A stretch of DNA of 64,000 bases, taken from the NCBI GenBank assembly GCA_002633005.1, contig NMRA01000105.1, positions 124,001-188,000 on the forward strand, given 5' to 3'. Below the pieces are notes generated by a model that saw nothing but the letters and a program-made list of their open reading frames with translations, did not search any database and was not told where the DNA came from. Both the position numbers and the translations under genes were made by a program. Shown one piece after another: positions 26,901 through 41,900 of the stretch; positions within the stretch are counted from its first letter, which is position 1, and every line of letters begins with the position of its first letter. The DNA comes from Phoronis australis (Eukaryota; Animalia; Phoronida).

Positions 26901-29900
26901 AGAAGTTCATGCTCCATGAGAGTTTTAAACCTCAACAATAAATAGTCTACGAGTGAGTCTTTAGTGATAAGTATCTTGGTTACACAAACAATTGAACATA
27001 AAAGATGCACGTTTACAGCAAACTATGCAAAGTAACACCACATATTATGACAATACATTGACAGAATAGTAACAATGATGCAAACACGTCTACTGGTATA
27101 TGTTATAACTATTTAAAATCATAATTTAGCTCAAGGGAACATTTACATCACAGCACTTAAGATCATAAATAAGGAAAACATGCACAAAAAGCTGGAGACC
27201 CAGTGCCAGGACAAACTACTTAACTAGAAAACAAATGATAGTAATGCTTTTTATTTTGCATTGCATGGTATTACATTACGATCGATAGACACTCAGGCCA
27301 AGGCCCAGGGTGGAAAGCCTGGTTGCTGACCAGAAATTTCAAGAAAGGGGCTTAAATCGCAAATTTCAAAAAATTGAGAGTGGCTGCTTAGTAACCTGAA
27401 CAAGGACACATAACCTGAGAGCCAGACAGCTACCACGACAACAAAAATTTGAAGTAAACAGACCCAAAATTCAAAGAACTTGGCTCAAGATATCTACCTT
27501 GGCATGTTAATAATCAAGAATTTAAAACTGGTTTTTAATGGACACCTAATTTGAATACATAAGACTAGCTTGAGAAATAAGAAAATGCAATTTAAAAAAT
27601 ACCTGACAAAATTTCAGGACTGACTTGCTAAATTAACGTCATCAAAATTATGAATTATTAGAGCAAACTTCCTCCTTTGTTAACAATTCAAATTTAGCAA
27701 GCTTAAACAAGTGACTCGTTATACAGGATTAGGTTTAGCTCTTCAAACTTCAAGAAGACAGGTTCTTATTTATCATTATTTGTTGTAGTGTAGAAGTTTA
27801 CTAATGTGCCTTACTGTGACCTATATTCAAAGTTCATCAACATTTTTGAAGGTATTAAACATCATTCAGATAATATGCCTGATTGTTCAGTTAGGCTCAC
27901 AGGTCAGACCTCTCCATTGTGTTGTCCTCATACAGATATTCATCTCTGATGCTTTATCCCCAAAACAAAAGAAGACAGTGATTAAGACCAGGGGCTGTGG
28001 AATGCAGCTATTGAAATTGCAGCTGGCCATTAAGTAAGGCAGTTATTGAATGAGGGTGTAGGACTTAATGGATAGTTTTAATACATTGCAGAGGACATTT
28101 ACAGAACACCATGTCCTTGGGTACGACTGCAAATTCACAGCGACATGGAATGCATTGACCCAGTTTCCATATTTGAAACAGCATGACTGTTTTGACAGTA
28201 AATTGCTGAAACAAAACATGGGTTGGTGGAAGCCTACGAGGCGAAAAGTAGGGGATGGGCACAAATGTGAGCGTGGACTTGAATCTGAATGTTTACAGTT
28301 CATAGTTTGTATTTTGTCTTAATCGTATTCAGTTCAGGATAACACACGAGTATTTGTTATCAAATGATGACACCTAAAAGCTATTTCACTGCTTCAAATT
28401 TTGTACATTGACATCAAAAACCAATGAAACATATTGCATTAGAGACTGTTCCATGTTTTACACCCATGCGAATAATTTAAGGATTTCATGTACTCTCAAT
28501 TGACCAGTTCCAACCAGTTTATCAAAACGAACTAGTAATGAATACAATAGTCAAGATTTATTTTGGTATCTATTAAACAGGGCTTGGAATGACCAATGGC
28601 AAAAAAGAGGAAAAATTTCCAAGTGATGTATCGTTCCAAGAATAAATAGGCTCGTGTAATAGAAGTATGTCTGTGTTGTAAAATTTAACTGAAATATTAA
28701 TGTTTTGTATTTATAAAGTAAAAAAATTATAAAAAAGAGACACAAACAGAGGAAACTGGAAATTAAATGAGAGGGAATCAAAACCCAATGAGGAAATCTT
28801 TTTAAAAGAAGAAAATTCCAAGCCTTGATAAAGTTTCTGCTTTTGATTTAAGATTGTTACCATAACTGGTCTTCACTTGTTCCTTACTGTGTTTAGAGGT
28901 GATTCCTGGGATTAGACAAAACTGAGAAATCATTATAGCTTATTGGAGTTGATAGGTTGGCTTGTCACCACAGGACAATATGTGCCGAGGCTTATAAGGG
29001 TTGGCTGGTCACCACAGAACAATATGTGTCGAGGCTTATTAGGGTTGATAGGTTGGCTCGTCATCACATGACAATATATGTGTCAAGGCTTATTGGGGTT
29101 GATAGGTTGGCTTGTAATCACACGACAATATATGTGTCAAGGCTTATTAGGGTTGATAGGTTGGCTTGTCATCACAGAACAATATATGTGTCGAGGCTTA
29201 TTAGGGTTGATAGGTTGGCTTGTCACCACAGGACAATATATGTGTCGAGGCTTATTGGAGTTGATAGGTTGGCTTGTCATAACACGACAATATATGTGTC
29301 GAGGCTTATTAGGGTTGATAGGTTGGCTTGTCATCACAGAACAATATATGTGTCGAGGCTTATTAGGGGTGATAGTTTGGCTTGCCACCACAGGACAATA
29401 TATGTGTCGAGGCTTATTAGGGTTGATAGGTTGGCTTGTCATCGGAGGATAATTTGTATGTGCTGAGCATGACTTCAAGTGCTTCCTAACTCTCAAATCT
29501 TCCCTAGCTCCGAGCCTTTGTGCCTCATTTGAGAAAGGAACCTTTATAATGGCAAGTGGTTTAACCAAAAGTTAAGACTCTCCGATGGTCGAAGACGAGA
29601 GTACATGGAGCTTTAACTACTCAAAATGAAATGGTGCTATGTAATTTATGGTGGTATTCAGTAAGGTTCATTTTTATACTTTCATCATTAATTTCATGTG
29701 GTGAACTGCTCACGTTGAAATCTTGTATTCACAGTGTGTCTGCAATAAAGATTATAAATGGCATATCAAAATCGTCATCGTAACGTCACTGAACATCAAG
29801 AGATTATTGGTAATGACATCATCACCACCTCCAGTAGCATTACCTTAGTCCACTTGTCCACCTTCCAGATGCCCACTGGACACTGCGACATCTCACACTC

Positions 29901-32900
29901 CTCTCTGTTTCTTGGCCACTCGCCGCTACACAGCTCATGGTTCACGACGGTGCCGTTGGACTTGCACCAGATATCCCGTACCTTCCTCCCTTGACCGCAA
30001 CTCACGGAACACTGTGGGGAAACATTTTTAACACGTCTGTTTNAGGGTTGGCTGGTCATCACATGACAATATATGTGTCGAGGCTTATTAGGGTTGATAG
30101 GTTGGCTTGTCATCACACGACAATATATGTGTCAAGGCTTATTAGGGTTGATAGGTTGGCTTGTCACCACAGGACAATATGTGTCGAGGCTTATTAGGGT
30201 TGATAGGTTGGCTTGTCATCACATGACATATATGTGTCGAGGCTTATTAGGGTTGATGTGTTGGCTTGTCATCGAAGGACAATATATGCGGCAAGGCTTA
30301 TTAGGGTTGATAGGCTGGCTTGTCATCACATGACAATATATGTGTCGAGGCTTATTAGGGTTGATGGGTTGACTTGTCATCGGAGGATAATTTGTATGTG
30401 CTGAGCATGACTTCAAGTGCTTCCTAACTCTCAAATCTTCCCTAGCTCCGAGCCTTTGTGCCTCATTTGAGAAAGGAACCTTTATAATGGCAAGTGGTTT
30501 AACCAAAAGTTAAGACTCTCCGATGGTCGAAGACGAGAGTACATGGAGCTTTAACTACTCAAAATGAAATGGTGCTATGTAATTTATGGTGGTATTCAGT
30601 AAGGTTCATTTTTATACTTTCATCATTAATTTCATGTGGTGAACTGCTCACGTTGAAATCTTGTATTCACAGTGTGTCTGCAATAAAGATTATAAATGGC
30701 ATATCAAAATCGTCATCGTAACGTCACTGAACATCAAGAGATTATTGGTAATGACATCATCACCACCTCCAGTAGCATTACCTTAGTCCACTTGTCCACC
30801 TTCCAGATGCCCACTGGACACTGCGACATCTCACACTCCTCTCTGTTTCTTGGCCACTCGCCGCTACACAGCTCATGGTTCACGACGGTGCCGTTGGACT
30901 TGCACCAGATATCCCGTACCTTCCTCCCTTGACCGCAACTCACGGAACACTGTGGGGAAACATTTTTAACACGTCTGTTTTAAAATACATGGAAATGCAT
31001 GTAAGGGTAATTTGATGATAAACGCCACTACGATTTATGAAACTGATTAGATTTTATCTTAGTTTTGAAAAATAAACACAGGATAATGTGTAAACAAGGG
31101 ATGAAAAAATCCTAAGTGAACAAAGTTACTCAGAGGTTTAGTAGTTTTCAGGATAACAAAAATGATTTATCAATGAAAACAGAACTCTTTCAGGAAACTG
31201 GTGAACATGTTCAAACCTTCAAGTCTGCAAAACTCATATCCAGGTAAGAGAATAACAATATTTCAAACTTCCATGATGACAATAAACGATCTGCCATGAG
31301 CAACAAATTACAGGTTTCAATCCCATTCATGACAAACTATACATTGTACGCACTATTCAAAAACTTTTAATTCTGTCAAAGCTAATTATTTTCAAAGCAA
31401 GACTGCTGTTAATAATACAACAATTACTTAACATCACACAAAATATGACTGTTTACCGACCTCAAATGACTGTACAAAAATATCTTAAAAGATAGCCTGA
31501 GAAAGACTTTATTTTTTCCAGATCAGAGTACTGCTAAATATTCAGAACGAGTAACCAAGAAGCAACAACAAAATGCATCTTACTTGACTCCATTCACCAG
31601 CTACCCACTGTGGGCAGGCACGTTTTCTACATCTACGGAGAGAGCGTGGCCTTGACCCTCTACACAGAGACTCCTCGACAGTTGAGTTGTCAGCATTCAG
31701 GCACATTACCCTCCGCACTCGTTGACCCATACCACAGCTAACAGAACACTTTGAAGACAAACATTGAAATATGTTAAGGCTAGTTTATAGTCATTCCCAA
31801 ATATTTAGCTTCCACAATTTATTTCGTCACTCGAGTATTTAAAGAAACTTATTTCTCTAACTTTAGCATTACGGAAATTCCTTGGTCTTGCTTATGTTTG
31901 TAATCAACAAGCTTCAGGTATATTGTTGGGGAGCAATATTTCCTTGACAGCGTCCTTGATGCGTGAACTTTAAGACCAAATATCGTACCCATTTCCTTGT
32001 GAACAATTATACTTATAAATTATATATAAAATTACCATCTGAGGTTCAAAATTTACCCACAAGCTTAGAATAATTTTTGCAAAACATTTTGGCCACTTGA
32101 AGCATTGCCGATGAGGGGTGCCAACCGGGGGTGGAATTGGTGGTGAGGGAGAGGGAAGACTTTTCCCTTCAACCAAAATATTACCCGCAAAAGGAACACG
32201 TTTTCCCTCAGGTGAGCACGGGCCCAGTTTAAAATAAGCAGTTTATACACATTTGCCACTGTTACTGTTGGTTAGAAAAAATGTGCATTCTCATATAACA
32301 ACAGTTACTTCATCTCTTGAACAAGACATACCAGCAAGGAAACTCATAGCAGAGATTTTTGAAAGAAGTTTGAAGGTGGCAACAATACCCATAGAACCCA
32401 GTTGCATTTTTATGCATTCCACACTAGCGTGGCACTTTGCAGCATGTTTGTCATGCCAGTGTGTCACATTTACACAAGTTATCCACGCTTTCCACATTAG
32501 CACGGCATTGCTGAACATGATCGCTCTGCACGAGTGTCTCATTTTTAATTGATTTCCACCTAGATGTTTTCCCACTTTTAACTCATTCAGAGGCGTGATA
32601 ATTGAGTACAATTTCCACTTGAGCTGAGGCGCATACCTTTGACCACTTGCCCTTATACCAGTAGGTGACAGGTGGACATTCTCTTTCTCTGCACCCCTCA
32701 CTACTCGACGGACGCAGTCTCGTGTCACAGCTACTATCTGGCAAGTTTTTACCACTCGCTTCGCGGCAGAGGACAGCTCGACGTCTCATACCCTTGCCAC
32801 ATGAGGCTGTACACTGCAATAATCAGCAGATGAAATTAGATGTCTGCTGGGCAACGGCATATGTTCCTACAAAGCCCCTTTCCGCAGGTAAAACTACCCA

Positions 32901-35900
32901 AACAGGACAATAATGCTTTAATGGCCTTGCAAAAACAGCAATAAAACTTTGTGGCATTAACAGATTCTTGTTTTCAAAGTGTGAGTGAACCATCTCGCAA
33001 AGTAGTACGCATGCCGTGAATAATACGCTTACACGAAAGTCACGCATTTCTAAAGATATGCGTGACTTTTCACCGCTCGTCCTTCTGAGCGGCTTTTACC
33101 GGGATCAAAGGGAGCGCAGCGCCAGTGTTGGACTCAGTTGCAATGACCGCATTGTCCGGTGCGAGCAAAACCCAATTAAGTGTTATTATCCGACCATAAA
33201 CTGTAAGCATCTCTGCCTGTACATATTGGCGAATTTTCAAAATACATTAACCAACTGTTTTCGTTAAAAACAAACACCACAGCTGTATTCAGACGGAAAA
33301 ATCAACCAAGTTTGGATTTCGCGTTTTAAAAATCGATGAACTATTAAGCTAAAAACTACAAACATTGGGTACAATAAAAGATTAACGACTAAGCATATTG
33401 ATATAATCGGTGATTTACAAACGCTGATCAGAGTAACCCACCTGTCCCCACTCCCCAAAGCTCCACACAGGACACGGTGTCATGCACCGTTGAATCTCGT
33501 CAGGCTTCTCTGTGTCACACTTGACTGAGGGTCCTCTCTCGTCATGGCAGACCACCTGCCGTCTCTGCCAACCATTACCACACGTCTTGGAACACTGGCA
33601 GTATGAAGACAAAGTTAACCACAAGTTCCTTAGAAATGCAGCAAGCTATGGTAAAAATACTTGGGACAAAAACAATGGCTAAAATTGACATATTTCTATT
33701 TTTCAGAGGATTACCACATTGTTGCAAGTGCTCACAATTTTACCAAATGCTGTTTGAAAATAGCTACACAATACAAACAAAGTTAATTTTCCTGAAAAGT
33801 TACATTTGTTGAGAATTTTGACAAAATGAAATTTCATCTGTCCACTATGTTGTGTACCAAACCAAATAATCTTTAGCGAAGTCGGTAATTTATCTGACAA
33901 CAAATACATTCAAACAGCAAAAGGTGAAGCATGTTCAGAAAGACAATATTGAATAGAATTAGGTTTTATTAGTAATGGACTTTGCAGGGCTAAAAAACCA
34001 GATAAACACAACACTTGGTAAATATACCAAGTTATGCTGGTTATCATACTAAAACACTTCAAAAATATATTTAACATCTGGAGACAAATATGATTCCTGT
34101 TACCTTTGAGAAGAGTCCATCACGGCATTCAATTCAGATGACATAACTCATACAACAGTCCCTCCCATGGTCAATTATAAGGACACCAAAACCGGCGTTG
34201 TCCTACTAACAGACATTAAAAACGGCATTCCCATCCAATTCCTTGAAACAAAACAATACTCTGTAACCCTCAACAACACTTTGATGGAAAATTTGAGAAC
34301 TCTTTTTGAAGTCTGCGAAACAGGCAAGCATGACCTACACTTTTACCGAATTGCAAGGCAACTCTGGACAAAGACCACCCACAAAGAACCATAACACCCA
34401 ATCTGGAACAGGGAGTATGAGTTTTTAGTTGATTCTTGCTTTTATCTTACAAGATTGATGCCAATGATGCATTAGCAGGTGGCTGAACGGAGAATGGCTA
34501 AAATCATCAAAGCAGGGCTTGGTATCCTTTAAGTAAAACTCGCATGTATTGGATCTATCTGGACCAAGAGGATTCATCTGAATAAAGCAGATCTGATAAT
34601 ACGAAACAGTGCTATCTGCCTCCAAGATATCGACAAGCACGCTCTGTCAGAGTTCACCACTTACCGACCCCCAGGGACCCGTCCTCCATCGACTAATTCC
34701 ACCAACTTCATTGGTCGCAATCTTATTATGGTGGATTCGCGTCACTACAGCGCATGGCTTTAAGTTACACTTCCTCTCATTGTCAGGCCTCGTCTTCGTA
34801 TCGCAGTGACCTTCGTGACGTTGACGATCCACCATAATACAACCCACCAATCGTGTCTCTGATCCTTCACCGCAGGACTTAGAACACTATTTAAAAATAA
34901 AAAATAAAAACAACATTAAGAACTTCCCAAACGTTTCTTATATTCTTTTCTAAATCATTTCTACTTTGAAAAAACAATGTTAGGCACTGTGACATTTTTC
35001 AAACCAAAACTTTTTGCCACGGTAATTAACTGCGTTTTGTAATCAAAGATTCAACATTGAGATTCATTAACTATAAATAGTAGTGCTTCTAAGACAACAC
35101 ACAGCATGCAAGCTTTGAGTCACCCAGTTGAAAGAACAAAATACAGAAAACTTGAGCCAAATAATGGAGTTGAGTTAGCAGAGTTGGGTCCGCCTCTCAA
35201 AGACTTCAGCAAGGCTGGTGACGTTATTATCATTCTGGCCAATAGGTGGTATTTTAACCGACCGGTTAAAACACCACCTATTGGCGAGAATGATATTAAC
35301 ACTACTAGCCAAGCTGAAGTCAGTGAGAGACAGACGCAACGTCGGTAACTCAAGTATTAAGCAAGTTCCAGTATTTGACTCAATTTTTTCGAATTTTAAC
35401 ACAGCAACCATCGACAATTGCCTCCCACGCTACATCAACCATAAAAACCTCAGTTATGTTAGCCAATTGCAAGACAGTCGGCCATACTCTGCTCTCCCAC
35501 CAGGACGATCGCCATGACAACTCACCTGACTCCAGTCTCCCACTCTCCATTTGCCGCAGTAGGCCATCATACACTCCTCTGTAGACACAGGTCGAGGAGC
35601 ATTAGCGCACTTATCAGGACCAGCAGGTCTACCATCAAATGTCCGACAGCTAACATAACGGGCTCGTACACCGACCCCACAGGAGGAGGAACACTGGATC
35701 AGTTAATAGACGTGTTACTTAAGTGCTAAACAGAGGAGGCAGTGTGGACTTGTGGGATGGGCTTCTGTTTTTTTTTACTCAAGGCTGTGGGTTCGAGTCC
35801 CACTGGGTTACACTGATAGACCCTTGAGTCAGGTTTCTAGCTCACCAGCTCCGTTACATACATTAATAAAGCATAAAAATGGTTCCAGGTGATCAGTGCA

Positions 35901-38900
35901 ATGGGTCCACTTAAGCGGTCATATTATATAACAACAGAAAGATTAAGAATCCCGTCTTCATTTTATGAAAGCAAAGCCAGAGAATAAAATTTTATTGGCA
36001 TCACTTACATTGCAACTTTCCAAGCTATTTATAACAAACAATTGCTAAACATTTTATGATATTTTGATACCTGAGCTCCTGACCAACTTCAATTCAGAGT
36101 CAACTTGAAAATAGACCAATGATGTGAAAATGGAAAGTTTACTTAAGCCATGAAACGTTATTTGTCTCTTACGGAATTAATTCTCAAATAAAAATTAGTG
36201 AGCACAGGCCCAAATTACAGACATTCATTAACTTTAGACAATATTTTGAATGAAATGTCAGGGGAGAGCGACAAATCTAAAATCTTGACATTTGAAAACA
36301 AACTTTACAATGACATCCTAAATGGTGCTAAGTAAATAGTACATGTCACATATAGCATTTTCTATTTCATATCCAATTACTTACAGGGGTCCAACCTCCT
36401 GTCCTCCACTGCACAACTTGGTTCAAAGGTCGCTCAACTTCAAGCTTAGTGGGAACAACAGTAGTTGTAGCCACTGTGGTTGGTAAAGTAGTGGGAACAG
36501 GGCATGGGTTGTTTAGGCAGCTCCTAAGTGAAGCTGGTTTCAAGGACTTGTCACAGGCAGTGTCTGGCAGCTCCCTCTCATCTGCTGCCCAGCACGCTAC
36601 TGACCTCTGGTGGAGGCCATCACCACAAGTAGTGCCACACTGAAAGGTGATCATACTTAAAGAAAGTGTATGAGTACTGACAGTGGTAATTTAGAACACA
36701 TCACAAAAAAGAAAAAAGCGTAAGTTCCAATGTCTTCACAAATAAGTGCACAACACTCTCAAACATCTTTATCTCATTTTCAAATGGAATTCCTTACATT
36801 ATTCCCACGAACAAAATTCTAGTCAATTTCAACAAAACCATTGATACATTTCACTATCAATCTTAGTTCGAATGAGGTACAAACTCCAAAGAGCGCTGGT
36901 ACATAATTTCAAATTACACCCCTCCTTACCTTTGACCAGTCCCCCGTACGCCATGAAGGGCAAGGACCGACATCACACACTTTCTCCACTGTCGGTCGAT
37001 TGCCAGCACAGAATTTGTCCTCAATCTTTTGTCCCTCAAAGGTACATGTGACCAATCGCTGTGCAATGCCTTGACCACAAGTAACAGAGCACTGCAAAGA
37101 AAAGTGACTTAGTTTATAAAACACTTGCTAAGCAAAAGGTCACAACGCTTTGTTATAAGAGGACACACAGGCGATTGCCAAAGAACACTAAACATTCAAA
37201 ATCAAATCAGTTTGTAAAGCCAGTCTACAGTACAACTAATACCAACAATAAACTCATGAGTAATAAGAAATTTGACAAATATATATCAATCTTCTTTCTG
37301 GAGCAATTTGCCCTAAATTGAGGAATTCCTCAATAACCACAAGCCATGTTTCTTTGTACCATGTATTATATCCTGTCACTTAGCTTACCTCAGACCATCC
37401 ATCTTTCTTCCAAACTGGACATGGAATGACACATGACCTCTCCACGACCTTTGACTGCTTACATCGCCCTGCATCCACTTTATTGCCTTCTCTGTTTACA
37501 CAAGTGGCTTGTCGCCTGGCCACACCCGTACCACATGTCACCGGACACTAAAAGAAACGTTGAATATACTAATAGACAGCACGCAATTTGAGGTGATAAC
37601 ATTGACAAATGAGAAGATGATGTCCAGAATGACCATAAGTCAGAATTCTGAAAAAGATCTAGTTCTCGCTTTACATTGTCCATTCATAAAACTAAACACT
37701 CTTGACAATTAAAACTGTCGCAGCAAAAACAAGCCCCAAAGCCAACACTCAGAAAATTGTCCAATAAAAATACATGAAATGACCCAGGATACTCGAATGC
37801 CATGATTGAAAGTACCCGTCATGGTAGCTAAATGAAACTCACCCTCAAGCAACATGATCAGTACTTTTTCATCCTGTCATTACATGGAAATAGCATTTTG
37901 TCAGATTACTTTTGGTTTGCTTTGTTTACACCCCTGGCCTGACACATGAATGGGTCTGTTTTCAGAGTGTTTTTGTGCACACACTAGTCTCATACCTCAG
38001 TGTTTTCACATCCCACGGACACGCTAGCATCGACACTCCTGAGTGCTCTCCATGTGAACAAATCACTTGCTGTTGTGCATACTCAGTGCTTCCATTACAA
38101 GCCAAGCTTTCATTACATGGGGACAAACACTGAGTCACTTACCAATGACCACGCTGAGTACTGTCATTGCCCTGGGACACGCTAGCCTAGACAGTTCCCT
38201 CCTATCCACGTACGCAACTCACTTACTGATGGCCATACCCAGTGCTTCCGTTACACGGAGATGAATCCGTTACACAGGGACAGACACAAAGTCACTTACC
38301 GAGGTCCAGTCCGAGTACTTCCATTCCCCTGGGACACACTTGCCGCGACAGGCCACCTCTCCACTTGGCTTGTCCTCTGAACACTCGGCATCCTTCAGGA
38401 TCTGAGCCTTCCTTCGACTCCTCTTAACACAAAGTACACGCTGCCTCTTGACACCAGTGCCACACTCTACAGAACACTTGGCTCTAGGGTCGGCCACGAT
38501 GTTCCAGCTAGAACGGCGATGAAGTTGCTGAATTATCATTTGTGACACAAATATGATCTAATGCAAACTTGCAACCTATGAAAAACTTGACTGTAACATC
38601 AGCTGTGATAGTAGAATGAATGTTTATGTCAATGACTCCATTAGAATATAAGTAACAATAATAAAATACAATAGCATGCTCCATCACTCAATAGAGACTA
38701 AGGTAACAATCTTCCTGCCATCTATCAGAATTTATTCCCTCAAACGATGCGACAGACGTTACATCTCATGACACATGACAACGATGACATAACTGACACG
38801 GCCAATGTGCTCCAGTTACTCGCCATGCCAGTCAATGAAGTTCTCGAGATGAGACTTCACGACTCTGACAAGTAAAATTAAATTACTCATCAGCCATGAT

Positions 38901-41900
38901 GTTAAACACAAAACGTACAAATGATGGTTTCACACATCGACATCTGTGATAGAAGGGATGAGTTCTGGAGATGCAATAATCTCGCGAGTAAAGCTAATGC
39001 GATCATGTGCTGAGCTTGTAATTCATGGCGATATCTTGTAAAGACTGTAATGTGTAATCTTGCATTCAGAACACTAGGCTGCAGTATCAGCCATGATACT
39101 CCACATCGAATACACACAGCTGTTACATCACGACACATTGATACATCAGTATTCCAAATAAAGCAGTAATGGTTTCCTAAAGCCACTTTGAAGAGGTGGT
39201 AACATGATTTCTAAATTCAGTTGGTCTTTTTACCTGAAGATGGCTCGGGAAATGACCGATCGAAACATCGCACCAAAGTAAACAAGGTATAGAGGTTGGT
39301 AAAAATATACCAATAGAAGTAAAGCAGGAGTAGCTTGAGAATTCGACATCATAGAAACCAAGACATCATTTTCAATGCAGCATTCACAAGAACTTTTTCC
39401 TCAAAATCACCCAGTATCCATCAATTTCTGTCAATGGTGCAATCATCTGAGATACTCGCCGACACCAGCTACTAACGAAATGTGCGCAAGTTCACTAACA
39501 GCTCTTCTCCCAAAACAATCACCTAAAATACCTAAAACACTATTCAAAAAGAATAATCAAGTTCGCTACAACAACAAACAGTCGCAGCATGTTGATGCCT
39601 AGAGCAAACAATGATATTTTCAGATGGAGTCACACGCCTAGGAGACACTAAGACTAAATTACCTGATAGAGCATTCTGTGTTACACTTCTCAGTCTCTGC
39701 CTCTGGCTTGTCCTTATCTTGACACAGGCGTTCTGAGACTTGTTGATTGTCAGACTTACGGGTACACAAAACACGTCTGCTGCGCACACCTACAACAGAG
39801 GGCACCACCAGTCACAAGACAATGACCTTTAACTTTGCAGAGAAAGCTTTTAATAGCCTGACAGCAGAACAGCATCTGATTATATATCAAACTTATAAAA
39901 CCTGGCATTTATTTGCTACTTTTAGCCTTGACATTGATAATCAGTGTCATCTCACGTAATTACACAAACAGAAAAATTTTGACATCAATGGCTAGATATT
40001 AACAAACACTGTCTTAACATAGACAGAAATTATTTGTGGAGGCAAAAACATGGAAAAACTAAAAGGTGAGCATGACAGAAAGACTCAAAAACACAAACAA
40101 GTAATCTCAACTAAACAAAGGGAATACTGTACCACGACACTTTTTGTCACACTCTGTCCAGGGCCCCACCCCAGTGTCCCATTGGTACTGCTCAGGGGTG
40201 GGTTGGCGGCGAAGCGTGGGACGATGTCTGGGAAGATCATTGCCATGAGAGATTAGGTATTTGTAATGGATGTTGGGCGGGTTGAGTTCACCAACAGACA
40301 GTACCTGCAGAGATGAATGAAGTATTGAATTCACTTCACTTTATTTGACTCAAAAACTTCATTTAAATAAAGATTAAAGCTCAATTCAATTTTAATCACA
40401 AAAATTTTGAAGTTTGGTCAGCATGCCACCTGTTAGCCGCATCACATGACATATTAAATATAAGTCTGAAGAGATTTCTGCCCCTACTGGGACTCGCAAT
40501 ATACATTTCCACGCCAGTTTGATGAAGATCTGAAACTTTATTTCAGAATTATTCTTTGGTAACCAAATTCACAAACGATAAAACATTGATGAAACAATAA
40601 AGCCTGGTACCACAGCCAGAACCTGGTCTTCCTAACATTTCTTTCGCATCATTTATACACAGTGATTTTCCAACATGAAAAGAAATGAAACAATTAACAA
40701 ACTTTACACCATTTTTCATTGCAAGTTTTGCTTTTATAGCAAATAAACCCGCTTAACATTTTGCAGTTTAAACAGAACAAACTCACTCACCATGACAACC
40801 AGCCTGTCAGTCAGTTTCCGTGATATGTTCAGTGTCTCCAGCACATGGTTTGATCCACTGTAAGTCATCTTGACCCCATGATGGACCAAATCCTTTGAGA
40901 ACATGCTGACGACAAAGCCACCATTAAGAATGTAGTCCAAGGATTTTGTGCGCATGTTGATAACACCAAGAGCTGGAAGGTAAAAAATTAGCTAATGACA
41001 CACCTGAGGAACCCAATGCAGGTAAAATTGACAGTGACGTGGTGATCCTCCAACATTGGAATTTGCTAATGAGAACACATTAGTCCAATGAATTCAGTCC
41101 AGCCTCAGCCAAGCAAGAAACTTCAAAGATGAGGCACGATCAAGGGGGTAATGGTCTGATATTACGTGCCCAAATTTTGAGAACCAGTTTTCTCCACTAA
41201 ATAATGGGCATCAAACTAGTTCTCAAAATTCGGGCACCTTATATCAGACTATTGCCAAATCAAGGTGTCATAAGAAATAAAGAGTTCTTACGATGACGCA
41301 AGATCAAGGTGGTTTACCTAAATAGTTGTCATCTTCCTTCTTCCCATTGTGAGCAGTTTGTGTAATCTCAATATTGAGGGCGCCTCGCGGAAGAGTCACC
41401 ACAGAGTTGTAACCTGGCAACACAGAAATAGTCATTCAAAAATAAAAAGGAACAAAGCCACTAGACTGATAGAAGGTCCTTTCTTACAGAGCAAACCCAA
41501 ACTTCAAGACAAAGCATTGTACTGCCTCACGCTATGTACAGCAGGACACACCAATGCTCTCAAAAATGGCCGACTGTAGCGTAAGAAGCCAATTTAAACC
41601 TTACGGAAGCTGAAAGCTCTTTACACTTCACACACCTCAGTTTGCCGAAGATCAAAAAATGGTACTTGATTATTTCAATATTATTATAGTATTTTCTTGT
41701 TTACTTGTATCTGAATCTTACACTGGAGCAGAAATATAAATCATAAACATTTTTAAGTCTGCACTGCTGAATAAAGACTTTCTAAAACCGCTCTGACTCC
41801 GTGGTGTAATGTTTAAGGTGCTGGACTCGAATTATCTGTAATTTCAGAAGTCATGGGTTCAAATCCTGCCTCGGACAAAAAATCACACCATGAGTACCAC

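Noticed and set aside
28043-28303. Minus-strand ORF with CC..YGNW, possibly an extra TSR exon
   Set aside because: It lacks the CSxTCG motif and proper splice sites, and the flanking exons already join in frame.
28957-29568. Long ORFs (124-169 aa) on both strands with an 18-aa repeat
   Set aside because: They are translations of the 54-bp minisatellite, whose unit length is a multiple of 3; they have no splice or domain support.
41795-41880. Possible tRNA gene (likewise 43900-43971, 9648 and 35733)
   Set aside because: A/B boxes are present but I could not fold a consistent cloverleaf; they continue into repeat bodies, so treated as tRNA-derived repeats.
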